In this document: one piece after another, positions 25,788 to 37,949 of the stretch
Numbering within the stretch: position 1 is the stretch's first letter
Layout of the letters: each line of letters begins with the position of its first letter
Made by a program: the position numbers and the translations under genes
Assembly (NCBI GenBank): GCA_010093745.1
Contig: MU005966.1
Span: 1-64,000 of the forward strand
Direction of reading: 5' to 3'
DNA from: Piedraia hortae CBS 480.64
Lineage: Eukaryota
Length of the DNA: 64,000 nucleotides
Notes under the pieces: model-generated
The model's database searches: none
What the model was told of the DNA's origin: nothing
Seen by the model: the letters and a program-made list of their open reading frames with translations, nothing else

Positions 25788-27341
25788 ATGATGCGCAATT
25801 GCGCAACGGGTCATCCATTTCATCAGCACGACAACCAAATGGACAGCGAGGATGAGCCGTTGAGCGATGTGCGGGCGCGGCTAATTGGTGATGGCGAGCT
25901 GAGGAAAGTGGGAAGGAACCGGGGCTTATTGTCCAAAGTTACGAACAAATGGCGAGAAGAGGAACCCGAGTTTCCAGACGCCGTGAAGGACGAGTCATTC
26001 TGGCAGATGGTTTGGCCCTCTGGTGCGCCGACAGAAAAGAGTCCAGACACAATCAAACGCAAGTTTTGGCAACGATGGCCCAGAACGCTGCTCAGCCTGT
26101 TGCACGCGCGCCGGCCTCGGCGAGCCTTGTGTATGCTCTTTCTCCTCGTCATTGTGATTGTAACTATCGTACACTATGTTCGCGCACCACGTCGCATAGA
26201 CTGGGACCTCAGCGGCTTCCTGCGCGCACAGGAAAAGGGCACGTTTGGTATCGCTGACGGGGGCGATTTCGACGGCACATTCCTCAAGGAACTCAGTTCC
26301 GATGTTCTGCCCGGCGGTCCTTTAGATCCCAAAGGACAGCGTCGCCTCATCTTTGTCGGAGACATTCACGGCTGCCGGTCCGAGCTTCAAGCGCTTTTGC
26401 GGAAAGCCAAGTTTGATCCAGCAAAAGACCATATCATTGCCGTTGGTGACGTTGTGTCCAAAGGGCCGGACAACGCGGGGGTCGTAGATGAATTGATAAA
26501 ACATAATGCACAGAGTGTCAGAGGGAACCACGAAGACCGAATCTTGTCCATTGCTTCCAGCCTCCACCCCGACAGTCATACCTCGGTGCAAGGTGACAAG
26601 TTATCTCAGCTGCTGCCACCAGTCGAAGCAGGTGTTACCAGCAAAAACTACTTTGATGACGCCACTGTTTTGAGGGTGCTTAAGCAAGAGCACATTCGCT
26701 ACCTGAAGCGCATGCCCCTAATGCTGCGCATCCCACCATTACCGCTTGCTGTGGCCGAAGCGAAAAAATCTGCTTCAGTCATTTCCAGCGAGATCGTTGT
26801 CGTCCACGCCGGCCTTGTGCCGCATGTCCCGCTCCTGCGTCAAGAGCCGTACTTTGTCATGAACATGCGCACCATTGACCGGGACACGCATGTCCCGTCT
26901 GCCTTGCGACAGCCAAGAGGCGGCCATTTCCAGCCATGGTCACATACCTGGAACTGGTACTGCGACAGGGTCGACCGGGGAAAATCCCTAACCAAGTTTT
27001 ACGATTTTACCCGAGGTGGTCCACCTTTTGTGCCAAAGCCGAAAAGAAAGTCGGCAAATGGCAAAGGCGCCAGTTTAAAAGAGGCCACGCACAGAGCAAA
27101 GGGAAAGCTCGCAGAGGTCATGGACGATGCGCTTGACACTGCGAAGCAGGCGCTCGGAAAGAATAAAAAGGTTAGACCGATTACGGTCGTTTATGGCCAT
27201 GATTCCCACAGCGGACTGAAATTGTCAAGATGGAGCAAAGGTCTCGACACGGGCTGCGTCAAAGGTGGTCATCTTACAGGCCTCATCCTTGACGCGACGG
27301 GTCACACTAGACTGGTGCAAGAAGTTTGTAGGGAGCATTGA
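25788..27341 (+). CDS. Membrane-anchored calcineurin-like metallophosphatase (Ppn2/ApaH-like)
   Basis: GDIHG, VGDVVSKGP, RGNHE, VHAG, YGH and LDTGC motifs; one TM helix before the catalytic domain. Confidence 0.87.
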   Translation: MMRNCATGHPFHQHDNQMDSEDEPLSDVRARLIGDGELRKVGRNRGLLSKVTNKWREEEPEFPDAVKDESFWQMVWPSGAPTEKSPDTIKRKFWQRWPRTLLSLLHARRPRRALCMLFLLVIVIVTIVHYVRAPRRIDWDLSGFLRAQEKGTFGIADGGDFDGTFLKELSSDVLPGGPLDPKGQRRLIFVGDIHGCRSELQALLRKAKFDPAKDHIIAVGDVVSKGPDNAGVVDELIKHNAQSVRGNHEDRILSIASSLHPDSHTSVQGDKLSQLLPPVEAGVTSKNYFDDATVLRVLKQEHIRYLKRMPLMLRIPPLPLAVAEAKKSASVISSEIVVVHAGLVPHVPLLRQEPYFVMNMRTIDRDTHVPSALRQPRGGHFQPWSHTWNWYCDRVDRGKSLTKFYDFTRGGPPFVPKPKRKSANGKGASLKEATHRAKGKLAEVMDDALDTAKQALGKNKKVRPITVVYGHDSHSGLKLSRWSKGLDTGCVKGGHLTGLILDATGHTRLVQEVCREH

Positions 27342-27684
27342 CTTGATGTAGATCTATGGTTCTTTGGGAATGGCATTCACTGGAATCCATCATGAAGATG
27401 GCGTAGTTGGGAGAGCGGCTGCTGTTGCGTATATGTCAATCTAACTTATGAATGATTAGTGGACTACGACTTGATTTGCTAAAGTGCAATGCCGACGCAT
27501 TGATTCCTTTTGAGAAGTAGTTGGTTCCTACCGCTACGTTGGATTGCATACATGTGCCTAGAGTTTGGGTCTCCGCGTCACTGACTCTTAACAGCCTCGT
27601 CTGATGAGAGCAGAGTCAAACGTGTGTATAAGTCACTCTCTAGACAGCCATAGGTTATTTGCCATGCATACATTTAACTGTCCG

Positions 27685-28021
27685 TGTCGGAGGATGGGAC
27701 AGGCAATGGTGTGTGAGGCAAATACATGTGTGACTATGTGCGGTTATGTGCGTTTGTTGAGGTGGAAAGGTGAGGTGAAGTGCGGAATTTCACCTCACGC
27801 TAACAGGGCATGAACGGCACCGTGCCTCGACCCAGGAAAACTTCCTCCTATGGAGGTAAAAACCCTGAGAAGCATCGGCTCCTATTTAAGCTCGCAGATG
27901 CGACTTGGACTGTATAAGTCTAAGGGCACGAAGTGATAGTATGAGTACACTAAGACATGAAAAATAGTATTGTTATATGTGCTGCATACGTAAGGACGTT
28001 GTACATGGCCATCACGTGACA
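27685..28021. mobile_element. Probable LTR, family E (related to D)
   Basis: TGTC...GACA termini; shares the TGTCGGAGGA end and the CAGGAAAACTTCCTC..GAGGTAAAA core with family D; no TSD found. Confidence 0.55.
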
Positions 28022-28149
28022 CATTCTTCAATTGTATACTATATGAGAGGGTTCACCGGCTCACAGTCCGCTGCTCGACTCAGCTGACAGGATCGTTGAC
28101 ACTGGGATGAACTGAGCGGCGGTAACGCTAGGCTGGGGAAAGGAATCGG

Positions 28150-29150
28150 CGATGATCTACTCAGTTTACGTACCCCCATGCAGCGAGAGCGCCCGGCCGA
28201 CTCTTCATTGATCGACGCAGGACACCCAGATCTCGTCATGACGGTTGAAGTCTGTGCACTCAGAATGGTCCGCCTTGAATACATGGTTCGATAGAGATAC
28301 GGCGTCCTAAACCATCTGGATGATCATATCACTTCTCACCCTCGGCACTCTTGTCTTGACCGAGATCAGCGAGTACCGTTATAGTGGGCGATCTCATCCT
28401 GCGCCACCCCATGGCATGAAAGGATATCCCATGATGTCCTTTCATGCCATGAAGGAATGGAAAAAGAGCATTTCGACCTGCTCCTCAGTTATTTTGATCC
28501 CTTGGAAACCATGGTGCGACGCCCGGACGACATCAATTGGCCGCTCCGCTCATAGCGTCCTCACCAAGCGTCAAGATTCTGTGTGAGGAATTTTGCTATG
28601 ATGAGTAGGATACGCCATCCTCCGACAGATGTTGGAACGATTGCATATCGCTACTCACTTCCCCGAGACAACGGCCGGAAGCAAATGGCGTGCTATTGAG
28701 ACATGGGACCGGACCGTGTCGCCTTGTTGACATGCGTGGCTTTTGGATAAATTGAAGGCCAGCTTCGGCAATCCAGATCCGAGGGGTATGGCACGGGTGG
28801 CTCAGAACGTGAGAGCATGAAAGCGCACTGTCGGGAAGAACACTCGCGTCGCGGCGGAGGCAAGAAGCCATGTGGAAAGTCATCGACTACCAAATCCCTT
28901 GGGTTCACGTCGAGCATGGGATATCGCATTGTGCGGCTGCTAGAAGTCAGAGTACGATGCAGGGGTGCCAAGTCCAAAGAGAGCGGAGATGCTGTGGACG
29001 ATGAAATTTTTGAAGCCTTCGGGCAGCAGTGCAGCGACGTTCACGCGGGTACAGAGCTTTCTAGGCTTCGTTAACTATTATCAGCGATTTATCATCGGCT
29101 CTCTATCAGCCAAGTGAGACCGGCGAGGAACAAGTTGCGTTCGGACCATG
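28150..29150 (+). mobile_element. Degenerate Ty3/gypsy pol remnant
   Basis: SLIDAG (protease-like), VIDY and VQSFLGFVNYYQRFI (RT thumb, about 29050-29095) in the expected order, with large deletions. Confidence 0.65.
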
Positions 29151-30439
29151 GATTCTTACGCTGTGGGCTGTGCTGGACGAGGCTCGGTCAAGGCGACATG
29201 ACATGAAGTACGTCGTCCTTGGGAGGTTACCATTCCAGAAGAGAGTAACCTAAAGAACAAAGCCTTTTTCTCTTGGAGAGACGATCTAATATGCTGTCAT
29301 GTATCGGCCACTTGGTCGTGGATACGAGCCATGCGCACCCTTGGAGGGCGCCTTGAGTCAGATTCCTTGTTTGTCTCACCACCAGCGGTGGTGCATTTAT
29401 TCATAGCCCAGCTGCTGCACAGCTTTCGTGTTGTAGCTTTCCCATTCAGTTCAGCTTTTCACCCAGCGTCTCACACTAGATATATCTGGGGACTGTCAGG
29501 CGACGCTGGATAAAAGCAAGTTCGATTTTAAGGTCTGTGCTGTGTCGACAGCATACCAACTACGTTGGACTTGATGGAAAGGTCATTGGGATAAAGATGG
29601 GGAAGATTGGGAGGTAAGACAATGGATAATGTATTCGCACTGTATTCAGTTGTTTCTTGATGCCACTATCTCGTTGCTGCGAAACAAAACTCTGCAGACT
29701 CAGAGATAGGTCTATGGTTTTCCAGCTCTGCGACGCGGAGATGATGATTGCGCTGTCCTCGGCCCGCTCCGGTCCGAATGGTCTTGGCACCCGCTTGACT
29801 TCGAAGCGGAGACGTTGAAACAACCTCTTGCGCGCTATATAAGCGCGCAATCAAGATGTTTGCCAACCAACTGCGAAAATTAAACCAAATTTTGCACGCA
29901 AATCAAGAATGTAACTCCGAGTAATTAGTTCTGTGAATCAACGCAAACTGGCGTCGAATTTGCACAGAGCTTGAAAAATTAAAAAGACTGCAATGCGCGT
30001 CCCGATGCAACACAGGAAATCGCAGCGCGATCCATGATGTGTGGTTGACACTCCTAGTCAGACTGTGGGAATGCTTGTTGCTGTTATTAGGGTTCATATA
30101 TGCGTACGAGTACGCACTCTGTGGAGATCTGCTTCCACCTACCAAACCGATGCTCTACACATATATCAACAGTGAGTTTCATCCCCATTTGTCTCACACA
30201 CCTTTCCATAAAGCAACACGCCTTACACCAAGCAACACCCCGCTAAGCAGTAACGCAGCGACTTTTACTGGTCGAACTCAGTGCCGAAGGGGACCCTACC
30301 GCTTTCAAGGTACCCACACACTTTTCCGCACTAGTATACAAACACACTATCGTTCCCTCTCCCACGCCCTTACTCTACTCGGATTTTTCGCTTTCCTTGC
30401 CTCTACACCACACATTACCAAGCTACCAAGCTACGAATG

Positions 30440-30830
30440 ATGCCTCTCCAAAACGAAACTCCTACGCTCCTAACAGAATTCGCTCTCGCCCCCTTCTCCG
30501 CAGAGGAGCGCGACTTCATGGCCCTTGTCTGACATTATATGGACAAAACCACCGCGGTACAGCCTCTTCCCATCCCCCGGATCCCCACATTGCTAACAAG
30601 TGTAGGTTAAACCTCGCGCCGTAGCACCGCTCAAGAAGAAACACTCCGCCGACGTGCACTCCGTTTTTGAGGGTCTCCCTAGCAGAATTTTTCAGCAAAA
30701 GGATTATCGCGCACGAAGATAAGGAAAAGGAACTCGCTGGACAGATGAAGCGTGCTGCAAAAAAAAACCGCTACGAAATATAATGGGGTGTCGGAAGGCT
30801 ACGCCGACGGAAGAGCCAAAGCAGGCCAAG
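30440..30830 (+). pseudogene. Pseudogene, unknown family X, copy 1 (intron 30557-30605)
   Basis: MPLQNETPTLLTEFALAPFSAEERDFMALV* is homologous to the 31204 copy and has the same intron position; contains a stop and frameshifts. Confidence 0.55.
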
Positions 30831-31203
30831 ACATCCAAGACGAACACCATGCCGGCCAATAAAAACACCCTGATTGAGAATATTGTTGTATTCTTGAGTC
30901 ATGTAGCGAAGACGTTCAAGAAATAGGAAGGGAGAGCGAGCCTGTCTGGAAAAGAGAAAGCTGTCTTCAATCAGAAACTCATGGAATACATCGCGTATGG
31001 GAATACCAAGCATGCTTACAAGCGAAGTGAACAGCACCAAGCTCCTATTTTGCCATCACCTGGGGAACCGCAGGCCAGTATCCACGCCCACAGCTTTTCC
31101 TTTCTACCTCGCTCCTTCTCCCCCATGGCACTTCCTTTCTGCACCTCTACACCAACTCCCGAGCCACTTGTTCCCTGACAACCTCCACCTTAAGCAAAGC
31201 CAT

Positions 31204-32132
31204 ATGTCTCCCCCGAACGATCTACCACTTCTCCCGACCCAGGTCTCCCTCGCTCCCTTCACCCCGGAAGAGCGTGATTTTGTGACCATGATCTGGCCTT
31301 TTCGTTGGCAACGACACGACAGTACGTTTTTCCCCGTCCCCTCTAACCCTCACCGCTAACTATGATAGGTCGACACGAAGACCATCACCCTGTGCAAGAA
31401 AAGGCGTCCCGCCAATGTAAGAAGAGCGTAGAATGATTTGTTAGATAAGGTTGCTGTTACGGCGAGGCTGTGTGTGCGCGGGACGACCCGCGCCGCCTAA
31501 GCGCACAGGGAATTTGATACACCGACGCGCCCTGCTAGTTATTCATAGATTCGCTCGCTACCACGCACGAATGAACGGCGCTTCTGGATTGGTTTATAAC
31601 ATCCTCGCTTCCCAGTAGATAGCAGTCTGGATTTTCCTCGTTGTTGGGACTTATTGAACCTTTTCCTCTGAGCACCGTAGCAGTTGCGGGGCAAAAGGTG
31701 CTGGAAGATGAGGCGAAGGAAAGTAAGATTGTAGAGAAAATGAGGTGCACGGCTAAGAGGAAGGCGAATAGGAAGGCTGCGAAGGGGGTTGAGCAGCAGC
31801 AGCAAGTGGAGGGCGACGAGGAAGACGTGGAGTATGAAGAGGACGGGAATTTCGAGGAGAATGGTCTAACGGCAGTGGATTCTACGAAGGAGGGCATCCC
31901 TCAGGGGTTGGCGACGCTGGAGGACTCCACGTCCCAGGTGACGGCCGTGTCGCAGCACAAGGCCACGCCACACCGATTGGCGGCGCCATGCAGAGTGGCT
32001 ACACAGACGAACATGAAGAAAGCTGCTGCTCGGCATAAGATGAAGAAGGACATCTCCGAGGCGAGGGCTAAGACGGCTTTGTTCCTGGGACAGGTGAAAA
32101 AGGCCTTGGCGGATGCGACGGCTGGGGAGTAA
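31204..32132 (+). pseudogene. Pseudogene, unknown family X, copy 2 (intron 31322-31368), interrupted by a family-B LTR
   Basis: MSPPNDLPLLPTQVSLAPFTPEERDFVTMIW...; the KVA|GQKV reading frame is rejoined after removing the LTR and one TSD; internal TAG. Confidence 0.6.
31455..31682. mobile_element. Solo LTR, family B
   Basis: Near-identical to 504-731; perfect TSD GTTGC. Confidence 0.93.
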
Positions 32133-32449
32133 GAAAACGGTACATCGGTCAAGGCCGTAATCGTCAATGCTGACTTCTTCTCAGTCAAAGTGGAGGGCTT
32201 GTATGGGCTCCAAAGGTCGATGAAATCCCATTCAATTCCGACTCACGCTCTCCGCGCTACCACTCTACTCTGTTACAGACTGACTTGCGAGTTACAAACA
32301 CTTTATCGATATAATTTAGAGTGTCCAGGCTTGACACATCACTGAAGCGGCTTCAACTTGGCATTCTCGTCCCTCTCTAAGTGCCGCCTGCAGGCGATTG
32401 AGCATGTGTTGTACCCTTTGGGCATCATTTTTGGCTGCCGAGGCCTCCC

Positions 32450-34392
32450 TTTCCTGTATTGCTGTCATGTGTGGTGACTTTGGACCTTAGTACTCTATTG
32501 GGTGGGTAAATTAATTGGCGGAACAAGGAGTTAAAAAAATATACGCAAACGGTATTGGTGTATCTAACGGCCCTGGCCTTCAATGCCAGCTAGCTCATAC
32601 AGCCACACAGTGCCATGCAGCGTATGCACCTTGAGTATTGGCTGACGGCATCAGAGGTGATCTTTCCCCGACCACCTTATTATACCGTTTTTATCATCTA
32701 AGAATGGGATGGTTAGTGAACGGAGATTCCTTCCAATGGTTACAAGATGGCGTGCATCCTGCGAGACAATTGGGATTGATAGCTCCGTCAGGACTTGATT
32801 GGCAAATCGTGCGCAAGTCTTATTAATGTGAGAATAGAGGCCTTAAACCTGAAATCATCAAAGCATCTGATGTGGATATGTGGATTAAACACACGAGATG
32901 GAGGTCATAATTAATCAAGTGCTCCATTGCAGACAGTATTTGGGCAACCAAGGCTTGCAGTTGCGTGAGTGTTCCAAGATTTCAAAGAGATGATTCAATG
33001 GTCGAAGCGTTGTGGTGGTATCCGAGGTCGACTTTCCAATCTTTGACATCCGGGCACCCGGATATTTGGGGCAAGTTGCGCCTAATCATCACTCCTACTT
33101 TGACGACCAAGGTTTCCACAGTTGGAACAAAATATTGTGAGACCTGGTGTTCCATATCCTCGTGTCTGGATCGTATCGGAGAGTCCTTAGCCGTGGAAAC
33201 GTAAGATTTTCAATCAGAGCAAATACATGGTATGGAGATGCTGGGTTCAAATTTATCCCACCCGCGAAACTCAATCCTGCGTGACATTAGGCCCCACTGC
33301 GGCCTGGCGGCAGCAGCTGCTCCGTAATTCCCCCGTGTGTGACGTGCACTCATGAGTTTGGGCTCTATTATAGTAAACCTCACAATAGGAATGGGCTTGT
33401 TGGGATCCCGGCGTGGCCATTACTAGCGGGTATGATAATGAATACTGCAGTATGAGAGGAGCCATCACACTGTTCATGCAAAAGTTTCTGTGGTTAGTTG
33501 GCGCTGAGAATTGTCCCCAGGCATTTTGATTGAAATATGCCCAGGGGTCTTGTTGCTGCATTACATTCACTCGGCACGTTTGCCGCCTGGCGACCAATGA
33601 TCTCCCCCACGACCACCCTCACGGCTACCACAGCTTCCAGACCTTAAAATCTCTGTGCGGACACTGGGGCCATCCATACCCTAGATCTCCGCACGTGAAA
33701 TAGGGGGTTCCCTCCTTACGGTCCCGAAATGCTTGTGTGCACAGACGCTGTCCGCTTGCCTGTGTCAGCACTGCATTCATCCTGTCGATATTCATTGGGT
33801 CGCCAGTCTTCATAGTCCTCGGCCTTTCCACCGGGTCAGGCAAATTCATCTGCTTTCAACCACGTTTGGTGTCTGCGCGACGCAGGCAGTCGTCAAGAAT
33901 GGCGTACAGCTGCATGTTTGTAAGCGTTCTTCGCGGGCGTTGAAAGTTGCAGAGCAACAGCGTCTGTCAGACGCTAGGTCATCCTCAAGGCAAGTCGTGA
34001 GACTTTTACATTATCATCATACTCCAGCTCAGATTGAGGTTCAGTAAACCTTGCAAAAATTTCGGGCTAGGTTCGGTTGTCCATGACATGTCCGGATCAG
34101 TTTGTGCCGATCTTTCAGTGCCTGGAGCATCGTACAAAGCGGCCATACCCTTCTACAGCTGCTCCACGATTTTATATTGCCATTGCATGTTTGGCAGCTT
34201 TAGCTTCCTCGCCCGTGTGACGGAGCCCGCCATTGCTAAAGCGCAGCCCTAGGGGCGCGACACGACATATTTAAGCTCGGCTTCTTCCGTGGGAACGGTG
34301 GGCATCAGCATCAAGCTTGTAGTCTCCGTCTCCACGTGCGGGACTCACGTTGTCTGCGATCCTCACCGCCGGAACCTTTAAATCTCTTGGGG
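32450..34392 (-). mobile_element. Degenerate Ty3/gypsy internal region (gag-pol) attached to a family-D LTR
   Basis: Gag-like GDPMNIDRM and a decayed zinc knuckle FTCGDLGYGWPQCP (33625-33849); GLYE-like RT remnant near 32600. Confidence 0.6.
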
Positions 34393-34696
34393 TGTCGGAG
34401 GAATGACCTCCGAGGACTAGAGTGGAGTGGATATCAACAACAAAACTTTTCACCCAACTTTTACTGAAAAAGGTGGAAATGTAGATGTCTATCTCTCTGA
34501 GGTGAGGTTCAAAACCTCCCCCACACTACCTCAGTCTAACCGCATTTGCCAGGACACCGTCAGCGAACCATGCCCTTAAGCATGAACGAGACAATGACCC
34601 GTCTCAGGAAAACTTCCTCTATAGAGGTAAAACCCGTGGGAAGTTTCGACTTCTATGTAAGCTTCTGGCCATGGTGGGTGCCACATCCTTCTGACA
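34393..34696 (-). mobile_element. Family-D LTR, probably the 5' LTR of the degenerate gypsy element to its left
   Basis: Reverse-complement homolog of 9070-9370; TG...CA termini; no TSD, consistent with a non-solo LTR. Confidence 0.85.
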
Positions 34697-35369
34697 CCAT
34701 GCATCTCCACACCGCTAAAAGCGACATATTGACGTTAAGCCCTTGTTCATAACAAGGGCAAGCGTATCGAATATGTTCTGAGAACAACTTTCAGAGGGTG
34801 GCCGTGCAAAAGACCAACATTGAGCAAAGGTATCAGGAGCGGAAGCTTGCTGCACAGGCCAAGCTTGCCGTCAAGAGGCAGGCGGCCAAGGCCGCAATCC
34901 AAGAAGCCGAAAAGAAGAGGCTTGAGGCCCTCCTTGAGCATGGCAGGATGTTTGCCTCGCATAAGAGAAACTGGGTAGGTTCAGGAGATTGACTTCTGAT
35001 CTGACTCGATGGAGTTAATCATGATGCCCACTTAAGCCAAATTCTACCAGCCACGCGATTATGGGATGAATATGCATCTTTGTCAAAAGAGTACCTGCTC
35101 CTCCTGATACGCATAGCACAGCAATATTAAACATTGACTGCTAATCAACGCCAGTTCGACGGTCGTCGGATTATTTGTCTGAGGAGGTAATGGGAGGCAT
35201 TGTGCGTACCTGAAATTGCATACCTGAACCGTCCATGACCAAATAACTCTGGATTCGCACGACAGCGTGGAGGAACCTTTTGCTGTGACAATTCAGGCTT
35301 AGATCAAAGCCGGACGACTGAACTCGAGTCTTGGTGCCAAGACTAAAGTATAATATCCTGCTCTGTCAA

Positions 35370-37000
35370 TTCATACCCGTCGAAAGGCGGTGAGTGCATT
35401 TGCTTTTGTAAAATTCCGAGACTTATCATCTCCTTGTATTCTCACAGGATTCCGAGTGTACTGTTCTTTGTCTTCAAGGTAATTGTGGTCTGTGCGGCAT
35501 TTTAGGCTCGAGATTGTTTGAGAAAATATATCTTGCCGATGATTGCTTCGGTACGGAAGGTAAATACCTGCCAAAAGTCTTTAAACAGAGAGGAATTTTT
35601 GCCAGAGGGCATTGCACTTACGTCCATTCTAAAGTGGCGGACGTGTGACACTGAAGCATTGCTCCTCGGCCACATCTGCTTCAATTGATTCGCGAGCCAA
35701 AAGCCCAAGAGCTATGGCATGGTTGATATCATGACCAAAAACTGGTTCATGTCCATCTAACCATAGCTGGGGCCTCCTCTCAAGGATGTAATAGAAACAA
35801 CACACGACTTGAACGAAAAAGTTTGGTAATACCGAGTCCTTAAGGCAGCAAGTATCTTCAGGGATCTTTGAGCTCCGGTTTGACTGATTACTCGCCTATC
35901 ATATTATTTTTAAATTCGTAAATCTCCGAAGGCCGGTTTCTTCGTGTAGGTCCTGCAGGGTCTGCAGCCTCTCACGCCTTACAGCGTGGCTTTTTCATGT
36001 TGCTGTGGCTTCAACAGCACCCATATAGTCAGTCATCGGAAGGTTCCCAAGTCCCACTGTCAGACCGGCTCACTGCTCTGACTCACGCGCCAAGCCTCGT
36101 CTTCCATAATTCACTTGGAAGGTGTTCCGTCTGGAATGGTACCGCAGAGTGTATTGCCTATTGTCCCTTCCCTGCTGTTAGACTCCATCGAGGAGTGGTT
36201 TCCGACTGCGGTAGTAGACGCGCTTCTGGGATTAGAGCGGCAACGAAGTGCTACGCGACAATTGTCATTGTATCGTATACCGGAGGCAGATTGTGCGCAT
36301 CCGGGCGAGGAGCGAAGTCCTTTTGTCGCGGCCTGTTTCTGTCTCGAATCGTAATGCAGCGCACGCTGTCGTTTCCTTACTGACCTTCACCCTCCGATGT
36401 ATTGCCGCTAAGTGCCAGCCACGAGGGTCTACCTCTGGCAGGCACCCATCCACTGAAAGCCTTTCATTCTGGTTGATGGAGTTATCTTTGCGCTGCGTGT
36501 GGAGCGGCAGCCGTGGTCTTGGCTGACAGCACAAAGCGCACGCGCCGACACCAGGAAATGACCAGTTCTCCCGAACAAGGTACTTGCGCTGTCAAATGAA
36601 GGAATTGTCACTACAGCAGGGCAAAGAACAAGAGTCCACTGGCCGTGGCATGAATGTAGCGCAGCGAGTGGACAAAGCGCATGACCGACTGCGTTCAACC
36701 GGGACAAACAAGGACAATTTCACTGTGGAACAAAAGTCAGAATCACAAAGACTTTGAGCGTACAAAATAGAGCTTCCGCACCAGACTCTCGGACCTCGCC
36801 TGAGCGTTGTCGGCGCAGCCGCTTACCAACCGGATGAATAAATCGCTTTCAGAACGCAAATCGGCAGCGAAACAGCCAGTTTCCGTCCCTAGTTTGCTAT
36901 ACAATCTAGAAATCATGTCATGCAGCTGGTTACATTGCCATGACCGTAGATGCCGTGGCCGCTCCACATTTTGTTGTCATGCTGCTTTATCACTCAGGAA
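35370..37000 (-). mobile_element. Degenerate Ty1/copia remnant (integrase to RNase H)
   Basis: DLRSES...QARSESLVRKL (integrase-like), FWLANQLKQM and NFTKA (RNase H-like) in copia order; weak. Confidence 0.35.
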
Positions 37001-37949
37001 TGAGCCTATTGCAGGAGTAGACCTCGTGGGGGGAATGCTGCTCTTCCCATCGGTAATGGTGTGCATTCGGCGCAAGGCTCAGTAAGTAATTGTTCACTGT
37101 ATCTCTGATAGCATTTACAGACTCTCAGCAGTCCTTTTTCCGTAATAAGCCAGCTCTGCCTCTTTCTACACGCTACAACAGAGATATGTACTTGAAGGCG
37201 ATGGTATCAAGTACCAAGAACCCGTAGTAGCAGCAAAGACTGGCATAACCAGATTGCCATGCAAAATGCAAAGGGTTTTGAAGCATGCCACCCCGCCTGA
37301 GTAATAAGACCTCAAAAATTACGCTAGGCTAGGAATTACAGTAAACATCTGGAATAGAACCACATGAGCCTGAGGCAGTCAGCCACGTCATTTTTTCTTG
37401 GCGCAGTGTCTGACTTCTCTCGCGCACTAGCATTTCACCACCAACTTTTACCCCTCAATCTTCTCATACACATTCGCCTCTTCTCTGGACCCCTTCGTTC
37501 TATGTCTTCCTCGATGGTGTAGTTTCATTCGTGCGACCAAACAATAGTAATTGCTTGTCCATGGGTACACTAACACCCGCACATCGGGTGACCCAAATCA
37601 AAAAGCTGTCGACCGCTCAAAGTATACACTATAACATGTCCCTCGGTGAGAAAACCGATTGGACATGGTTTAGGCCCATGGCAACAGGAACCGTACCTAT
37701 AATTCTCTCTTGGTTCTCTGGATTCGCACATCATGTGGGGAGGTGTCTATCAGTTTTGAGAGAAGAACTGCAAGATTCACAGCAAACGTACCAGCGCACG
37801 AACGGAGCGAAAACGACTCCAACTTTGACAGCGTCAAAATGGTGGGCCCATATGAGTCAGTGGCATCACCAGCAACAATATCGGCTATGTCCATGACACA
37901 ACAGATAGAGTCGACTGTATACACCAACCGGATGGTGGCAGGCTAGTAT

